From an uncultured Anaerolineales bacterium (GTDB lineage: Bacteria; Chloroflexota; Anaerolineae; CG2-30-64-16): DNA of 64,000 nucleotides. A program made the translations under genes and the position numbers. The notes under the pieces were generated by a model. It was not told the origin of the DNA, made no database searches, and saw only the letters and a list, made by a program, of their open reading frames with translations. This document shows, piece after piece, positions 34,028 through 43,206 of the stretch (position 1 is its first letter; every line of letters begins with the position of its first letter). Where the stretch lies: contig CAZTMA010000004.1 in NCBI GenBank assembly GCA_964614645.1, forward strand, positions 13,555 through 77,554, read 5' to 3'.

Positions 34028-34849
34028 ATGTCTCCTCAGTCTGAGTTGCGCGACACCTTGCGCGAGTCCGGCCGGCGGCTGACTGACCAGCGACAACTGC
34101 TGCTGGAGTTGCTCCAGGAGCACGGCGGCCATCTGGACGCGCGCGAACTCTATCGCCTCGCACAAGAGCGTGACCCCCGGCTGAACCTTTCCACGGTCTA
34201 TCGCACGCTCGGTTTGCTGCGCGATCTCGGCCTCGTGGACGAGCAACACCTGGGCGAAGATCACCATCACTATGAATTGAAGGCGCCGGCCACACACTAC
34301 CACCTCGTCTGCCGGACCTGCGGCTCGGTCATCGAGTTCACCAGTCCCTTGATCGAGCAGTTGAAGGAAGCTATCGGGCGAGAACTGGATTATGCGATTG
34401 CCGATGCACAGGTGGACCTATTGGGCATCTGCGCCGCCTGCCGCGCGGCCACCGCTTCGCCGTCGGCTGAGCCTGAGCCCGTGCCGCCGCGCAGGACGGG
34501 CCCGCGTACCCGCATGGTGAATATCCTCCGTCGATCCCTGCACCCTGGAGATGCCGCGCCTACGGAAACACAGCCGAATGCAGCCGGCCAGGACGAGGCG
34601 CTCTCCCTGCGCACGCTGCTCACCGGCAGCTCGGCGCGTGTGGCTGCGCTGACGGGCGGGCATGACCTGGTGGCGCGACTGGCTGCGCTGGGCCTGACGC
34701 CGGGCACGACGCTGGAGGTGGCGCAAAATCCGGGCCAGGGACCGGTCATCGTCCTGGTGCGCGACACGCGCCTGGTGCTCGGCCGCGGAGAGGCGGCCCA
34801 TATCCTGGTCGTACCCACTGAGGCAGCGCATGGCCGACAAGTCGATTGA
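34028..34849 (+). CDS. Fur-family metalloregulator fused to C-terminal FeoA (SH3-like) domain
   Basis: Fur fold: HHHYEL, HLVCRTCGSVIEF, ICAACR (Cys4); linker; FeoA-like LSLRTLLTGSSARVAALTGGHDLVARLAALGLTPGTTLEV...LVLGRGEAAHILVVP; no stop between domains; overlaps feoB start. Confidence 0.65.
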   Translation: MSPQSELRDTLRESGRRLTDQRQLLLELLQEHGGHLDARELYRLAQERDPRLNLSTVYRTLGLLRDLGLVDEQHLGEDHHHYELKAPATHYHLVCRTCGSVIEFTSPLIEQLKEAIGRELDYAIADAQVDLLGICAACRAATASPSAEPEPVPPRRTGPRTRMVNILRRSLHPGDAAPTETQPNAAGQDEALSLRTLLTGSSARVAALTGGHDLVARLAALGLTPGTTLEVAQNPGQGPVIVLVRDTRLVLGRGEAAHILVVPTEAAHGRQVD

Positions 34850-36839
34850 GCCGCGCACCCTCACGGTCGCGCTGGTCGGCCAGCCCAACGTGGGCAAGTC
34901 GATCATCTTCAACATGCTCACCGGTCTCTCGCAGCATGTCGCCAACTGGCCCGGCAAGACCAGCGAGCAGCGCGTGGGAGAGCACCGGCAGAACGGCACG
35001 CTGCTGCGCGTGGTCGACCTGCCCGGCATCTACAGCCTCACGGCCAACTCCGAAGAAGAGCGCATTGCCCGTGACTACATCATCTGCCAGCGGCCGGATG
35101 TCGTGGCAGTGATCGTCGATGCCGCGGCGCTGGAGCGCAACCTCTACCTGCTGGCCGAGCTGCTGGGCCTGCCGATTCCCATCGTCGTGGGCCTCAATCT
35201 GATGGACGTGGCCGCGCAGGAGGGGCTGCAGGTCGAGCCGCACGTGCTGGAGGCCGCGCTGGGCGTGCCGGTGGTGCCGATGGTCGCCACCCGTAATCAG
35301 GGTGTGCGCGAGCTTGTGGAGGCCGCCACCCGGGCAGCGCGCCAGCCGGCCAGCCTGTCTCCCCGGCGGCCGGAGATTCGGGCTGACCACGCGGCCGTCC
35401 TGGCTGAGGTGGGCCGGCTGATTGCCGGTCGCGTGCCCGAGCCTTACCCTGAACATTGGGTGGCGCTGAAGCTGCTGGAAGGGGACGCCGAGATCACCGC
35501 TATGCTGCGGCCGCGGCTGGGCGACCGGTGGGACAGCCTGCACGCGCTGCTGATGCAACACGAGGATGCGGTGCTGGCAGTCGCGAGCGGCCGCTATGAG
35601 TGGATCGGGCGGATGGTGCGCGCGGCGGTCACACGGCCGCGGCCGGGACGGGTGTCGCTCACCAGCCGCATCGACCGGCTGGCCACGCACCCGCTGGTGG
35701 GGCTGGTGATCCTGGCCGCGGTGCTCGGGCTGACGTTCTGGCTGACGTATGCAATCGGCACGCCGCTGCAGGCGTTCCTGGACACGCACCTGGTGCACGC
35801 GGGCGCAGCCTGGGCGCGGGATGCACTGGCCGGCGCGCCGGCGTGGGTCGGCAGCCTCGTGGCCGACGGCATTATCGCGGGCGTCGGGCTCGTACTGACG
35901 TTCCTGCCCATACTGCTGATTTTCTTCGCGGCGCTCGGGTTGCTGGAAGATGTGGGGTACATTGCGCGCGCGGCCTATGTCACTGACCGGTTCATGCACT
36001 TTATGGGGCTGCACGGCAAGAGTTTCCTCCCCCTCTTTCTCGGCTTCGGCTGCAACGTGCCCGCCATCATGGCGGCCCGCACTATCGATTCCACGAAGGC
36101 GCGGCTGCTGACGATCATCCTGGCCCCTTTTGTGCCCTGTCCCGCGCGCATGAGCGTGGTCGCGATCCTGACGCCGATCTTCTTCACTGCACATGCCCCC
36201 TGGGTCGCGCTGGGCCTGATGGCTCTGGCTATGCTGGTGATGGTGTTGGTTGGCCTGCTGCTCCACGAGCTGCTGCTGGGCGGCGAGCACGTCGCCTTCA
36301 TTATGGAGCTGCCGCTGTACCATCCACCCGATGCACGGGCCATTCTGCGCTCCATCTACGAGCGGCTGATTGACTTCCTGCGCGTGGCGGGCAGCATCAT
36401 CCTGATCGTCTCCGTGTTGCTGTGGGGCCTGCTCAGCCTGCCGACGGGGCAGGTGGAAACGAGCTACCTCGCCGCGTTTGGCCGCCTGCTGGAGCCGGTC
36501 GGCGCACTGATGGGCCTGAGTTGGCAGTTGATGGTGGCACTGGTGACCAGCTTCGTCCGCAAGGAGAATGTCATCGCTACCCTCGGCGTGTTGTATGGCT
36601 CGGGGGAGGCCGGGGCTGGGCTGGCGGAGACGCTGACGGGCATCGTGACGCCCGCCACCGCGCTGGCATTCATGGCCGTCCAGATGTTGTTCGTGCCGTG
36701 TGTCGCGACAGTGGCTGCCATCCGGCAGGAGACGCGTAGTTGGGGCTGGACGGCTCTCAGCATTGCGCTGCCCCTGGTCATTTCGCTCGCGCTGGGTACG
36801 GCCATCTATCACGCTGCCAGGTGGCTGCTGACAGTGTGA
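34830..36839 (+). CDS. feoB: ferrous iron transporter FeoB
   Basis: G-domain LTVALVGQPNVGKSIIFNMLTG, DLPG, membrane permease C-terminal region; 669 aa. Confidence 0.9.
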   Translation: MADKSIEPRTLTVALVGQPNVGKSIIFNMLTGLSQHVANWPGKTSEQRVGEHRQNGTLLRVVDLPGIYSLTANSEEERIARDYIICQRPDVVAVIVDAAALERNLYLLAELLGLPIPIVVGLNLMDVAAQEGLQVEPHVLEAALGVPVVPMVATRNQGVRELVEAATRAARQPASLSPRRPEIRADHAAVLAEVGRLIAGRVPEPYPEHWVALKLLEGDAEITAMLRPRLGDRWDSLHALLMQHEDAVLAVASGRYEWIGRMVRAAVTRPRPGRVSLTSRIDRLATHPLVGLVILAAVLGLTFWLTYAIGTPLQAFLDTHLVHAGAAWARDALAGAPAWVGSLVADGIIAGVGLVLTFLPILLIFFAALGLLEDVGYIARAAYVTDRFMHFMGLHGKSFLPLFLGFGCNVPAIMAARTIDSTKARLLTIILAPFVPCPARMSVVAILTPIFFTAHAPWVALGLMALAMLVMVLVGLLLHELLLGGEHVAFIMELPLYHPPDARAILRSIYERLIDFLRVAGSIILIVSVLLWGLLSLPTGQVETSYLAAFGRLLEPVGALMGLSWQLMVALVTSFVRKENVIATLGVLYGSGEAGAGLAETLTGIVTPATALAFMAVQMLFVPCVATVAAIRQETRSWGWTALSIALPLVISLALGTAIYHAARWLLTV

Positions 36840-36919
36840 TAGCCATACCACTTCGACCATTGCCGCAGTAACGCGCACATGCGACGGACGGCTATAGTGC
36901 TTTTCCTCACTTCTGAGTT

Positions 36920-36948
36920 TTGACACAAAAAGCACAATGTGATACCCT
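36920..36948 (+). promoter_or_regulatory. possible promoter for cytochrome gene (-35 TTGACA, weak -10 TACCCT)
   Basis: Perfect -35 hexamer 17 bp upstream of weak -10; sequence only. Confidence 0.25.
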
Positions 36949-37017
36949 TCATGTGGTCCTCATTACATTCAGACCGCAAATCTCCATCCCACTATCCTCA
37001 ATGGAGAGAAAGGCAAC

Positions 37018-39420
37018 ATGAAGAGAACACTCGTGGTCCTCCTTGCATTGGTGGTCGTCTTGACCACCCTCGCGGCCTGTTCAGGCACCGCTGGTCCCGC
37101 CGGCCCTGCCGGCCCGCAAGGTCCTGCCGGTCCCGCAGGCCCTGCTGGCCCTGCCGGTCCTGCTGGTCCTGCAGGCCCCGCTGGCGCGGAAGGCGCAGCA
37201 GGCGTGACGATGGTCGCCGACACGACGACCCCGCCCGAGACCTGCGCGATCTGCCACAAGGGCGCTGGCGAAAAGCACCAGGCGTCCTACGATGACTTGT
37301 ACCAGGACGCCGTGATTCGGGTCACCGATGTGGCTTATGCCTTCACGGCGGCGCCCGATACAACCACCATCACCTTCAAGATGACGAAGAACGGCGAGCC
37401 ATTCGACCCGAAGCAGGCGGATAATATATCCATCTACTTCGTGCCCTACGCGGACGGCAAATTCCAGTTCGACCCGCCCGCCGAACGCGTGTCGTTGAAG
37501 GGAACGCTGGATTCGGATGGCGCCGGCAACGGGACGAGCACGCTGGTCGAGAAGGAAGCGGGCGCCGAGGATTTCGTTGACTACACCGACATCAGCGGCG
37601 TCAACGGCCTCATCGTCATCTACGGCCGCGACGAAACCGTCCAGCGGCTGCCAGGCACGCGCGTCGACCAGAACCGGTTCCCGTTCGCGGCAGTGCTGGA
37701 GACCGGCGCAGGCGTCGACTACGTTTCGCCGGCCAACAACGATGGCTGCGAACTCTGCCACACGCAGCCCTATCTCAAACACAGCTACATCTACGGCCAG
37801 GTCGACAACGACTCTGCCACCGACTTCTACACCTGCAAGGCCTGCCATCTCGACAATGGCACGGGCGAGCACTTCGAATGGCAGCTCCTGGTGGAGGATC
37901 CGGAGCTGGCCGCGCAGTTCCTGGCTGGCGAGGTGGAGCTGACCGAAGAGCAACATCAGCAGTTCGCGTACAACCCGTCCGTGATGAACGACGTGCATAT
38001 GTCGCATGCCATGGAATTCCCGTATCCGCAGTCCATGGCGAACTGCGTCACCTGCCACGAAGGCAAGCTCGACGCCATCCTGACGGACGCAGCCTTCAAC
38101 ATCACGACCTGCCGCAGCTGCCATCCCATGACGGGCGCGAAGGCTGAGTCCGCTGAGGGTGAGGACCCGGCCTACGACACGACCGCTCTGGCGCTGAAGA
38201 CGCTCCTGACCGGCCCGCATGCCGACATGGACCTGGCGACGACCGACTGCTCGACCTGCCACGGCGAAGGCAAGATGGCGGGCACCTGGAGCCTGGTCCA
38301 TACCGGGTATGACGATATGATCTACACGGCGGACGGCATCCGGTATTCCGAGGCCATCTCCGTCACCATCGAGAGCGCCACGTTGGACGGCGATACGCTC
38401 AGCGTGAAGTTCAGCGCGGCCGAATCGCCGGACATCGAAGGCGTGGACGCAGCCGACATCGTACCCACCGTCCTGGTGGGCCTGTACGGCTGGGACACGA
38501 AGGACTTCATCGTCGGCGCGCACGAGCGTCTGTTCGACGATAACGGCGACGGCGCGATCACCAGCGACGATAGCCGGACCCTGGAGTTCGAAGTCGGCGC
38601 CGAGCATCCTCGCATGAAGACGGTCTCGGCCGAAGGTGGCAGCTGGGAAGTCACTGCCGACTTGGCGCCCTGGAAGGACCTCATCGCGGACGGCACTGTG
38701 AAGCGCGTCGAAGTGGGCGTCCTGCCAGCGCTGGTCGTCGATGAGCAGGAACTTGCCATCGATGCGGCCACCAAGACGTTCGACCTGGCCGCGAACGCGT
38801 TCGATGACGAGTACTTCCAGCCCATCGCGGACATCGAACGCTGCGAGAACTGCCATGCGGCGCTCGCCACGAACTTCCACAGCCCGGATTACGGCGGCAG
38901 TGTCACTGCCTGCCGGATGTGCCATGTCACCAAGTCGGGTGGCTCGCACCTGGAGATGCAGTCGCGGTCGCTGGATTCCTATGCGCACGCGATCCACTCC
39001 GGCCAGGCCTTCGACATCGCTGATGTCGACTTCGGCGACCCGGTGCAGGCCCTGGCGTACGAGCACCACATCGGGTTCCCGTATCCGACACATGCCAACA
39101 CGAACTGCGAGTCCTGCCACTTCCCGGGCACCTACGAAGTGCCTGACCAGGCCAAGTCGCTGCCGGGGCTGCTTTCGGCATCCGACGACAACGAGACGCT
39201 GGACCGGGACATCGAGGACGTGCCGTCCTATGTCACGGGGCCGGCCACTCGGGCCTGCGGCGGCTGCCACCGGGCGGAGCTGATCAAGGAAGACAGCGCA
39301 GGTGGGTTCGCCATGCTGAAAGAGCACATGGACATGGGCGGCTACTTCATTGAAGCTGGGGAGAAGCCTGCAGAGACGCTCCAGTCAGTGTTCGACGAGG
39401 TCATGCCGCTGTTCAAGTAA
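37018..39420 (+). CDS. decaheme c-type cytochrome lipoprotein with N-terminal collagen-like (Gly-Pro-Ala)n tether
   Basis: Signal peptide + lipobox LAACSG; ~13 Gly-X-Y triplets; ten CxxCH motifs (CAICH, CELCH, CKACH, CVTCH, CRSCH, CSTCH, CENCH, CRMCH, CESCH, CGGCH). Confidence 0.85.
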   Translation: MKRTLVVLLALVVVLTTLAACSGTAGPAGPAGPQGPAGPAGPAGPAGPAGPAGPAGAEGAAGVTMVADTTTPPETCAICHKGAGEKHQASYDDLYQDAVIRVTDVAYAFTAAPDTTTITFKMTKNGEPFDPKQADNISIYFVPYADGKFQFDPPAERVSLKGTLDSDGAGNGTSTLVEKEAGAEDFVDYTDISGVNGLIVIYGRDETVQRLPGTRVDQNRFPFAAVLETGAGVDYVSPANNDGCELCHTQPYLKHSYIYGQVDNDSATDFYTCKACHLDNGTGEHFEWQLLVEDPELAAQFLAGEVELTEEQHQQFAYNPSVMNDVHMSHAMEFPYPQSMANCVTCHEGKLDAILTDAAFNITTCRSCHPMTGAKAESAEGEDPAYDTTALALKTLLTGPHADMDLATTDCSTCHGEGKMAGTWSLVHTGYDDMIYTADGIRYSEAISVTIESATLDGDTLSVKFSAAESPDIEGVDAADIVPTVLVGLYGWDTKDFIVGAHERLFDDNGDGAITSDDSRTLEFEVGAEHPRMKTVSAEGGSWEVTADLAPWKDLIADGTVKRVEVGVLPALVVDEQELAIDAATKTFDLAANAFDDEYFQPIADIERCENCHAALATNFHSPDYGGSVTACRMCHVTKSGGSHLEMQSRSLDSYAHAIHSGQAFDIADVDFGDPVQALAYEHHIGFPYPTHANTNCESCHFPGTYEVPDQAKSLPGLLSASDDNETLDRDIEDVPSYVTGPATRACGGCHRAELIKEDSAGGFAMLKEHMDMGGYFIEAGEKPAETLQSVFDEVMPLFK
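37083..37197 (+). repeat. tandem 9-bp (GGNCCNGCN) repeats encoding collagen-like GPAGPAGPQ... segment
   Basis: ggtcccgccggccctgccggcccgcaaggtcctgcc... ~12 degenerate 9-bp units. Confidence 0.7.
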
Positions 39421-39475
39421 GCGGTATCCGGTCGCAGAGACGCTCCGGTGGAACGTCTCTGCGACAACTGAAGAT

Positions 39476-39510
39476 AAAGAAGGAGGGCCCCCGTGGGGGC
39501 CCTCCTTTTG
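39476..39510 (+). terminator. rho-independent terminator after cytochrome gene
   Basis: aaggagggcccc-cgt-gggggccctcctt followed by TTGTGTG; preceded by second hairpin tcgcagagacg...cgtctctgcga. Confidence 0.7.
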
Positions 39511-39535
39511 TGTGACTTGGATTGACCGGGCACGC

Positions 39536-39958
39536 TCAGGAATAGCGCCAATCCTCCAAGCTCAGACCTTGAAAAGAAGCATAGTCATTACGATTGAGCG
39601 TCACCAGCTTCAAGCCGTTCGTGACCGCAATGGCCGCAATCTGTCCATCAGCAAACGGTGGCAGCCTGCCAACAGCCGCTAGTCGCGCGCGCTCTTCCGC
39701 GTGCCAATATGCCGCTCGCTGGTCATACGCCAGGATCGGGATTGCACGACCAACCACATCTTTGAGATAAGCCTCGATTGTTGTGCGCTTGGATGATGGC
39801 GGCAACCGTTTGCAGCCGTACCATAACTCGTGCCAGACCACAGAGGCAATCGCGATCTCGGCCTGATGCGCTCGTAAGTTATCCAGCAACTCCTGGTTGG
39901 GGACGGGTCGCAGCGGTTCTGAAACAACATTCGTATCGAGGAGATACTGGAGCGTCAC
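39536..39958 (-). CDS. vapC: VapC-family PIN-domain toxin
   Basis: MTLQYLLDTNVVSE...; PIN acidic residues; 4-nt overlap with upstream antitoxin. Confidence 0.85.
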   Translation of the reverse strand: MTLQYLLDTNVVSEPLRPVPNQELLDNLRAHQAEIAIASVVWHELWYGCKRLPPSSKRTTIEAYLKDVVGRAIPILAYDQRAAYWHAEERARLAAVGRLPPFADGQIAAIAVTNGLKLVTLNRNDYASFQGLSLEDWRYS

Positions 39959-40233
39959 CAGTTCATCTCCCGTCCGGGCGATGTGTCCCGCACGCCATCG
40001 AAAACATCTGGCTCGATGCCCTCCTTAGCCAGGTCTACCGCCTTGCGGAACGCATCATAGGCGCTTGTGAAGGTCACGGTACCCGCGCTGAGCCTCTCGA
40101 ATTCCTCCACAGAGATCAAAATCGCCACCGGCCGGCCGCGCCGCGTCACCTCAACCCGCGAGACGTGTCGGAGGTCTTGGACAATTTCAGCAAAACGATT
40201 GCGCGCTTCGGCTATAGAATATCTGGGCATCAT
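39955..40233 (-). CDS. type II antitoxin (Phd/YefM-like)
   Basis: MMPRYSIAEARNRFAEIV...VTRRGRPVAILISVEEFERL; GGAGG SD 5 nt before ATG; overlaps vapC. Confidence 0.7.
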   Translation of the reverse strand: MMPRYSIAEARNRFAEIVQDLRHVSRVEVTRRGRPVAILISVEEFERLSAGTVTFTSAYDAFRKAVDLAKEGIEPDVFDGVRDTSPGREMNW

Positions 40234-40349
40234 AGGAGCCTCCAAATGGCTATCTTGATAGCCATCTTACACCTTCTGCGTTTCGGTGTCAACTGCGCTC
40301 GTCTCACCAATCCCCGGTTTTGACACGCCAACAACCGTACGTGAGCGCC

Positions 40350-42011
40350 CTATTCCACCCGCCGCGGCCGATACTGAATCGCCTCTGCAATGTGCGCGGG
40401 CTGGATGCGTTCGCTGCCTGCCAGGTCCGCAATCGTCCGCGCCAGCTTGAGGATGCGGTGATACGCCCGCGCGCTCAGGTTCATCTGCCGCATGGCCGCG
40501 GCCAGCAGTTGCTTACCGGCTTCGTCCACCTGGCAGAAGTCCCGCACCTCGGTCGGCCCCATGTCGGCATTGCAGGTCAGGCCAGCCGTGAGTCGCGCGT
40601 GCGGATGCGTTCCCGACTTCTCCTTCTCGCCCGCGTGTTGAGCGAAGCGAGCCGTCTGGCGGGCTCGTGCCTCCTCCACCCGCGCGCGAATCGCCGCCGA
40701 GGGTTCGCCGCGGCGCTCATCGGAGAGCTTCTGGAAGGGCACGCGCGGCACCTCGACGTGGATGTCGATGCGGTCGAGCAACGGGCCTGACAGCCGCTTC
40801 TGGTACTTGCTGACCAGACCTGGACTGCACGAACACGCGCGCTCTGCGTCGCCCGCGTAACCACACGGGCATGGATTCATCGCGCCAACCAGCATGAAAT
40901 TGGCCGGGAAGGTCAGGCTGCCCTGGGCCCGGCTGATGGTGACGATCTTGTCTTCCAGCGGCTGCCGCAGCACCTCCAGCGTGTGCGACGAGAACTCGGG
41001 CATCTCGTCCAGGAACAACACCCCCCGATGTGCCAGGCTGATTTCCCCCGGCCGCGGCCACTGCCCCCCGCCGACCAGCCCCGCATGCGAGATGGTGTGG
41101 TGCGGTGCACGGAAAGGCCGATGCCGGATGAGCGGCGCATCGCTCGCGACCGTGTGCAGCATGTCAGCCACCGAATAGATGCGCGTCACATCCAGCGCCT
41201 CGCCTAGCGTCAGTCGCGGCAGGATCGAGGGCATCGAACGCGCCAGCAAAGTTTTGCCCGCGCCGGGACTCCCGGTCATCAAACAGTTGTGCCCGCCGGC
41301 TGCGGCCACCTCCAGCGCACGCTTGACGTGCTCCTGCCCCTTGATGTCCGAGAAGTCGCACGCATATGGCGGCGGGTCCGCGTCCAGGTCAAAGGTCGTT
41401 CGGTACGGCTCGATGGGGTGGTAGTTGCGGAAGTGCGCGGCCAGCCGGCCCAAGGTGTCCACCGGGTAGACGTCGATGCCCTGCACCAACGCGGCCTCCG
41501 GCGCATCGGCCTGCGGCACGAACACCGACTTGTACCCCAGTTCCTGCGCCAGGTGCGCCATGGGCAGCAGCCCGTTCACGTGGCGCAGCGAGCCGTCGAG
41601 CGACAGCTCGCCCAGGAAGAGGCAGCCATCCAGGTCCGGCGGAATCTGCTCAGCCAGCATGAGCAGCGCGACCGCGATGGGCAGGTCGTACGCAGGGCCT
41701 TCCTTGCGCAGGTCCGCGGGCGCGAGGTTGACCGTCACCCGGCCGCGCGGGTAGTACAGGCCCGAGTTGACGATGGCCGCGCGCACGCGTTCGGTGGATT
41801 CCTTGACCGCGGCGTCGGGCAGGCCGACGAGCGTGACCGAGGGCAGGGACTTGGTGTTTAGGTCGGCCTCCACCTCGACGATGGCGCCGTCGAGGCCGAT
41901 GAGCGCGCAACTGTGGACTTTGGCGAGCACGGCAGGGTCTCCTGGCAGGGATGAGGGAGAAGAGGTGCGCTCCCGGGCAGCAAATGGCTCACTCGCAAGA
42001 AGCCGCCCCAT
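40350..42011 (-). CDS. YifB/ComM Mg-chelatase-like AAA+ ATPase
   Basis: Lon-like N-domain, Walker A GSPGAGKT, ChlI-type AAA+ and C-terminal domain; start set at ATG 42011 (ORF extends to TTG 42038). Confidence 0.8.
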   Translation of the reverse strand: MGRLLASEPFAARERTSSPSSLPGDPAVLAKVHSCALIGLDGAIVEVEADLNTKSLPSVTLVGLPDAAVKESTERVRAAIVNSGLYYPRGRVTVNLAPADLRKEGPAYDLPIAVALLMLAEQIPPDLDGCLFLGELSLDGSLRHVNGLLPMAHLAQELGYKSVFVPQADAPEAALVQGIDVYPVDTLGRLAAHFRNYHPIEPYRTTFDLDADPPPYACDFSDIKGQEHVKRALEVAAAGGHNCLMTGSPGAGKTLLARSMPSILPRLTLGEALDVTRIYSVADMLHTVASDAPLIRHRPFRAPHHTISHAGLVGGGQWPRPGEISLAHRGVLFLDEMPEFSSHTLEVLRQPLEDKIVTISRAQGSLTFPANFMLVGAMNPCPCGYAGDAERACSCSPGLVSKYQKRLSGPLLDRIDIHVEVPRVPFQKLSDERRGEPSAAIRARVEEARARQTARFAQHAGEKEKSGTHPHARLTAGLTCNADMGPTEVRDFCQVDEAGKQLLAAAMRQMNLSARAYHRILKLARTIADLAGSERIQPAHIAEAIQYRPRRVE

Positions 42012-42036
42012 GATAACTTGATCTCTCTGAACAGGC

Positions 42037-42065
42037 AACTTGGCTCAGATAGGGCATGGTATAAT
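42037..42065 (+). promoter_or_regulatory. candidate promoter with extended -10 (TGgTATAAT) for VOC gene
   Basis: catgGTATAAT at 42057-42065; weak -35 TTGGCT. Confidence 0.4.
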
Positions 42066-42134
42066 CGACGCACGCCAGAGCGGCGGTTCACTTGACGCCA
42101 TGATGCGTCGACTGCAGAAAAGGAGACCACTATA

Positions 42135-42542
42135 ATGCCACAAACACGCGGGCCGGTCATATCTGTTATGCTGGCTGTGACCGATGTTCCAACGGCGGTC
42201 GCGTGGTACAAGGCGGCCCTCGGAGCCACCGAACTGTGGAACCTGGGACCGGTGGCCGGACTGGAGATTGCCGGCGCGCCTTTCTTCCTGGGTGAGCCGG
42301 AAAACAATGGCTGGGACAGCCCCACGAAACTGGGCATGCCATCCGCTCGGGTTGAGGTGTTTTGCGACGATCCGGACGCCTTCATCGAGGGCGCCGTGAA
42401 AGCGGGCGCCAGGGGCGATTTAGACCCCATCAGGGATCACCGCGCGCTGTGGGGTATCCACCGGCAAGGTGGGTTCATCGATCCTTTTGGTCACATCTGG
42501 CTCGTCGGTGACAGGTCACCCTTGAGCCGATTTCCTCGCTAA
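42135..42542 (+). CDS. VOC/glyoxalase-bleomycin resistance family protein
   Basis: 135-aa, beta-alpha-beta-beta-beta module pattern; AAAGGAGACC SD. Confidence 0.7.
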   Translation: MPQTRGPVISVMLAVTDVPTAVAWYKAALGATELWNLGPVAGLEIAGAPFFLGEPENNGWDSPTKLGMPSARVEVFCDDPDAFIEGAVKAGARGDLDPIRDHRALWGIHRQGGFIDPFGHIWLVGDRSPLSRFPR

Positions 42543-42554
42543 ACCGGAGGCCCT

Positions 42555-42752
42555 GTGTCTGCATCCGCACCGTATCCCATCACGTATCCTCCCGAGAAGC
42601 TCAACCGCGTTATCATCAACACCGACGCCAAGAACGAGGCGGACGACCAGTTCGCCATCGTTCACGCGCTCCTGACGCCTTCCTTCGAACTGCACGGCTT
42701 CATCCCAGATCAGGGAAGCTCGATGGGCGGGCCGGTCACTTCCATGCCGTAG
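42555..42752 (+). pseudogene. N-terminal remnant (65 aa) of inosine-uridine-preferring nucleoside hydrolase
   Basis: VIINTDAKNEADDQFAIVHALLTP matches IUNH DTDxGxDDxxA signature; truncated after ~65 of ~310 aa and overlapped by convergent cupin gene. Confidence 0.6.
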
Positions 42753-43177
42753 GCGCGCCACAGCGCGGGTTCGGGCACGGGCATCCGGTTCTCCGGCGTC
42801 ACCAGCCGGAAGAACGCCTCCATCTGGCCCGCAGGCGAGAAGGCCACGAGGAGCCGGCCCAGCGCGTCGCCCACATGGGCCGGCGCGTGGGGCACGCGGC
42901 GCGGGGCGAACACCGAATCGCCCGGCTCCAGCCGGAACTGCTCGCCGCCGACCTCGACGATGAACTCGCCCTCGAGGACGTAGAACCACTCGTCCTGCGC
43001 ATAGTGCAGGTGACGCGGCGGGCCCCCCTTCGCATGGAAGGTGTTTTCGAGCACGAACAGGCCCTGTTCGCCCTGCCCGGCCACCTTGAAGGCCATCGTG
43101 CTGACGCCCAGCCCCCAACGTGCACCATAGATATCCTGCCCTGCCGGGACGAATGTAGCACCGGAAGTGGTCGTCAC
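42710..43177 (-). CDS. cupin-domain protein
   Basis: Cupin motifs G(X)5HXH-like HLHYAQDEWFYVLEGE...PGDSVFAPRRVPHA; GTG start with AGGAGG SD. Confidence 0.7.
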   Translation of the reverse strand: MTTTSGATFVPAGQDIYGARWGLGVSTMAFKVAGQGEQGLFVLENTFHAKGGPPRHLHYAQDEWFYVLEGEFIVEVGGEQFRLEPGDSVFAPRRVPHAPAHVGDALGRLLVAFSPAGQMEAFFRLVTPENRMPVPEPALWRAYGMEVTGPPIELP

Positions 43178-43206
43178 GGTCTCGCCTCCTGAGCGTGCGG
43201 GCGAGG

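Noticed and set aside
37083-37197. CRISPR-like array
   Set aside because: The repeats are 9-bp tandem units with no spacers and encode Gly-X-Y inside a CDS. There are no cas genes in the window.
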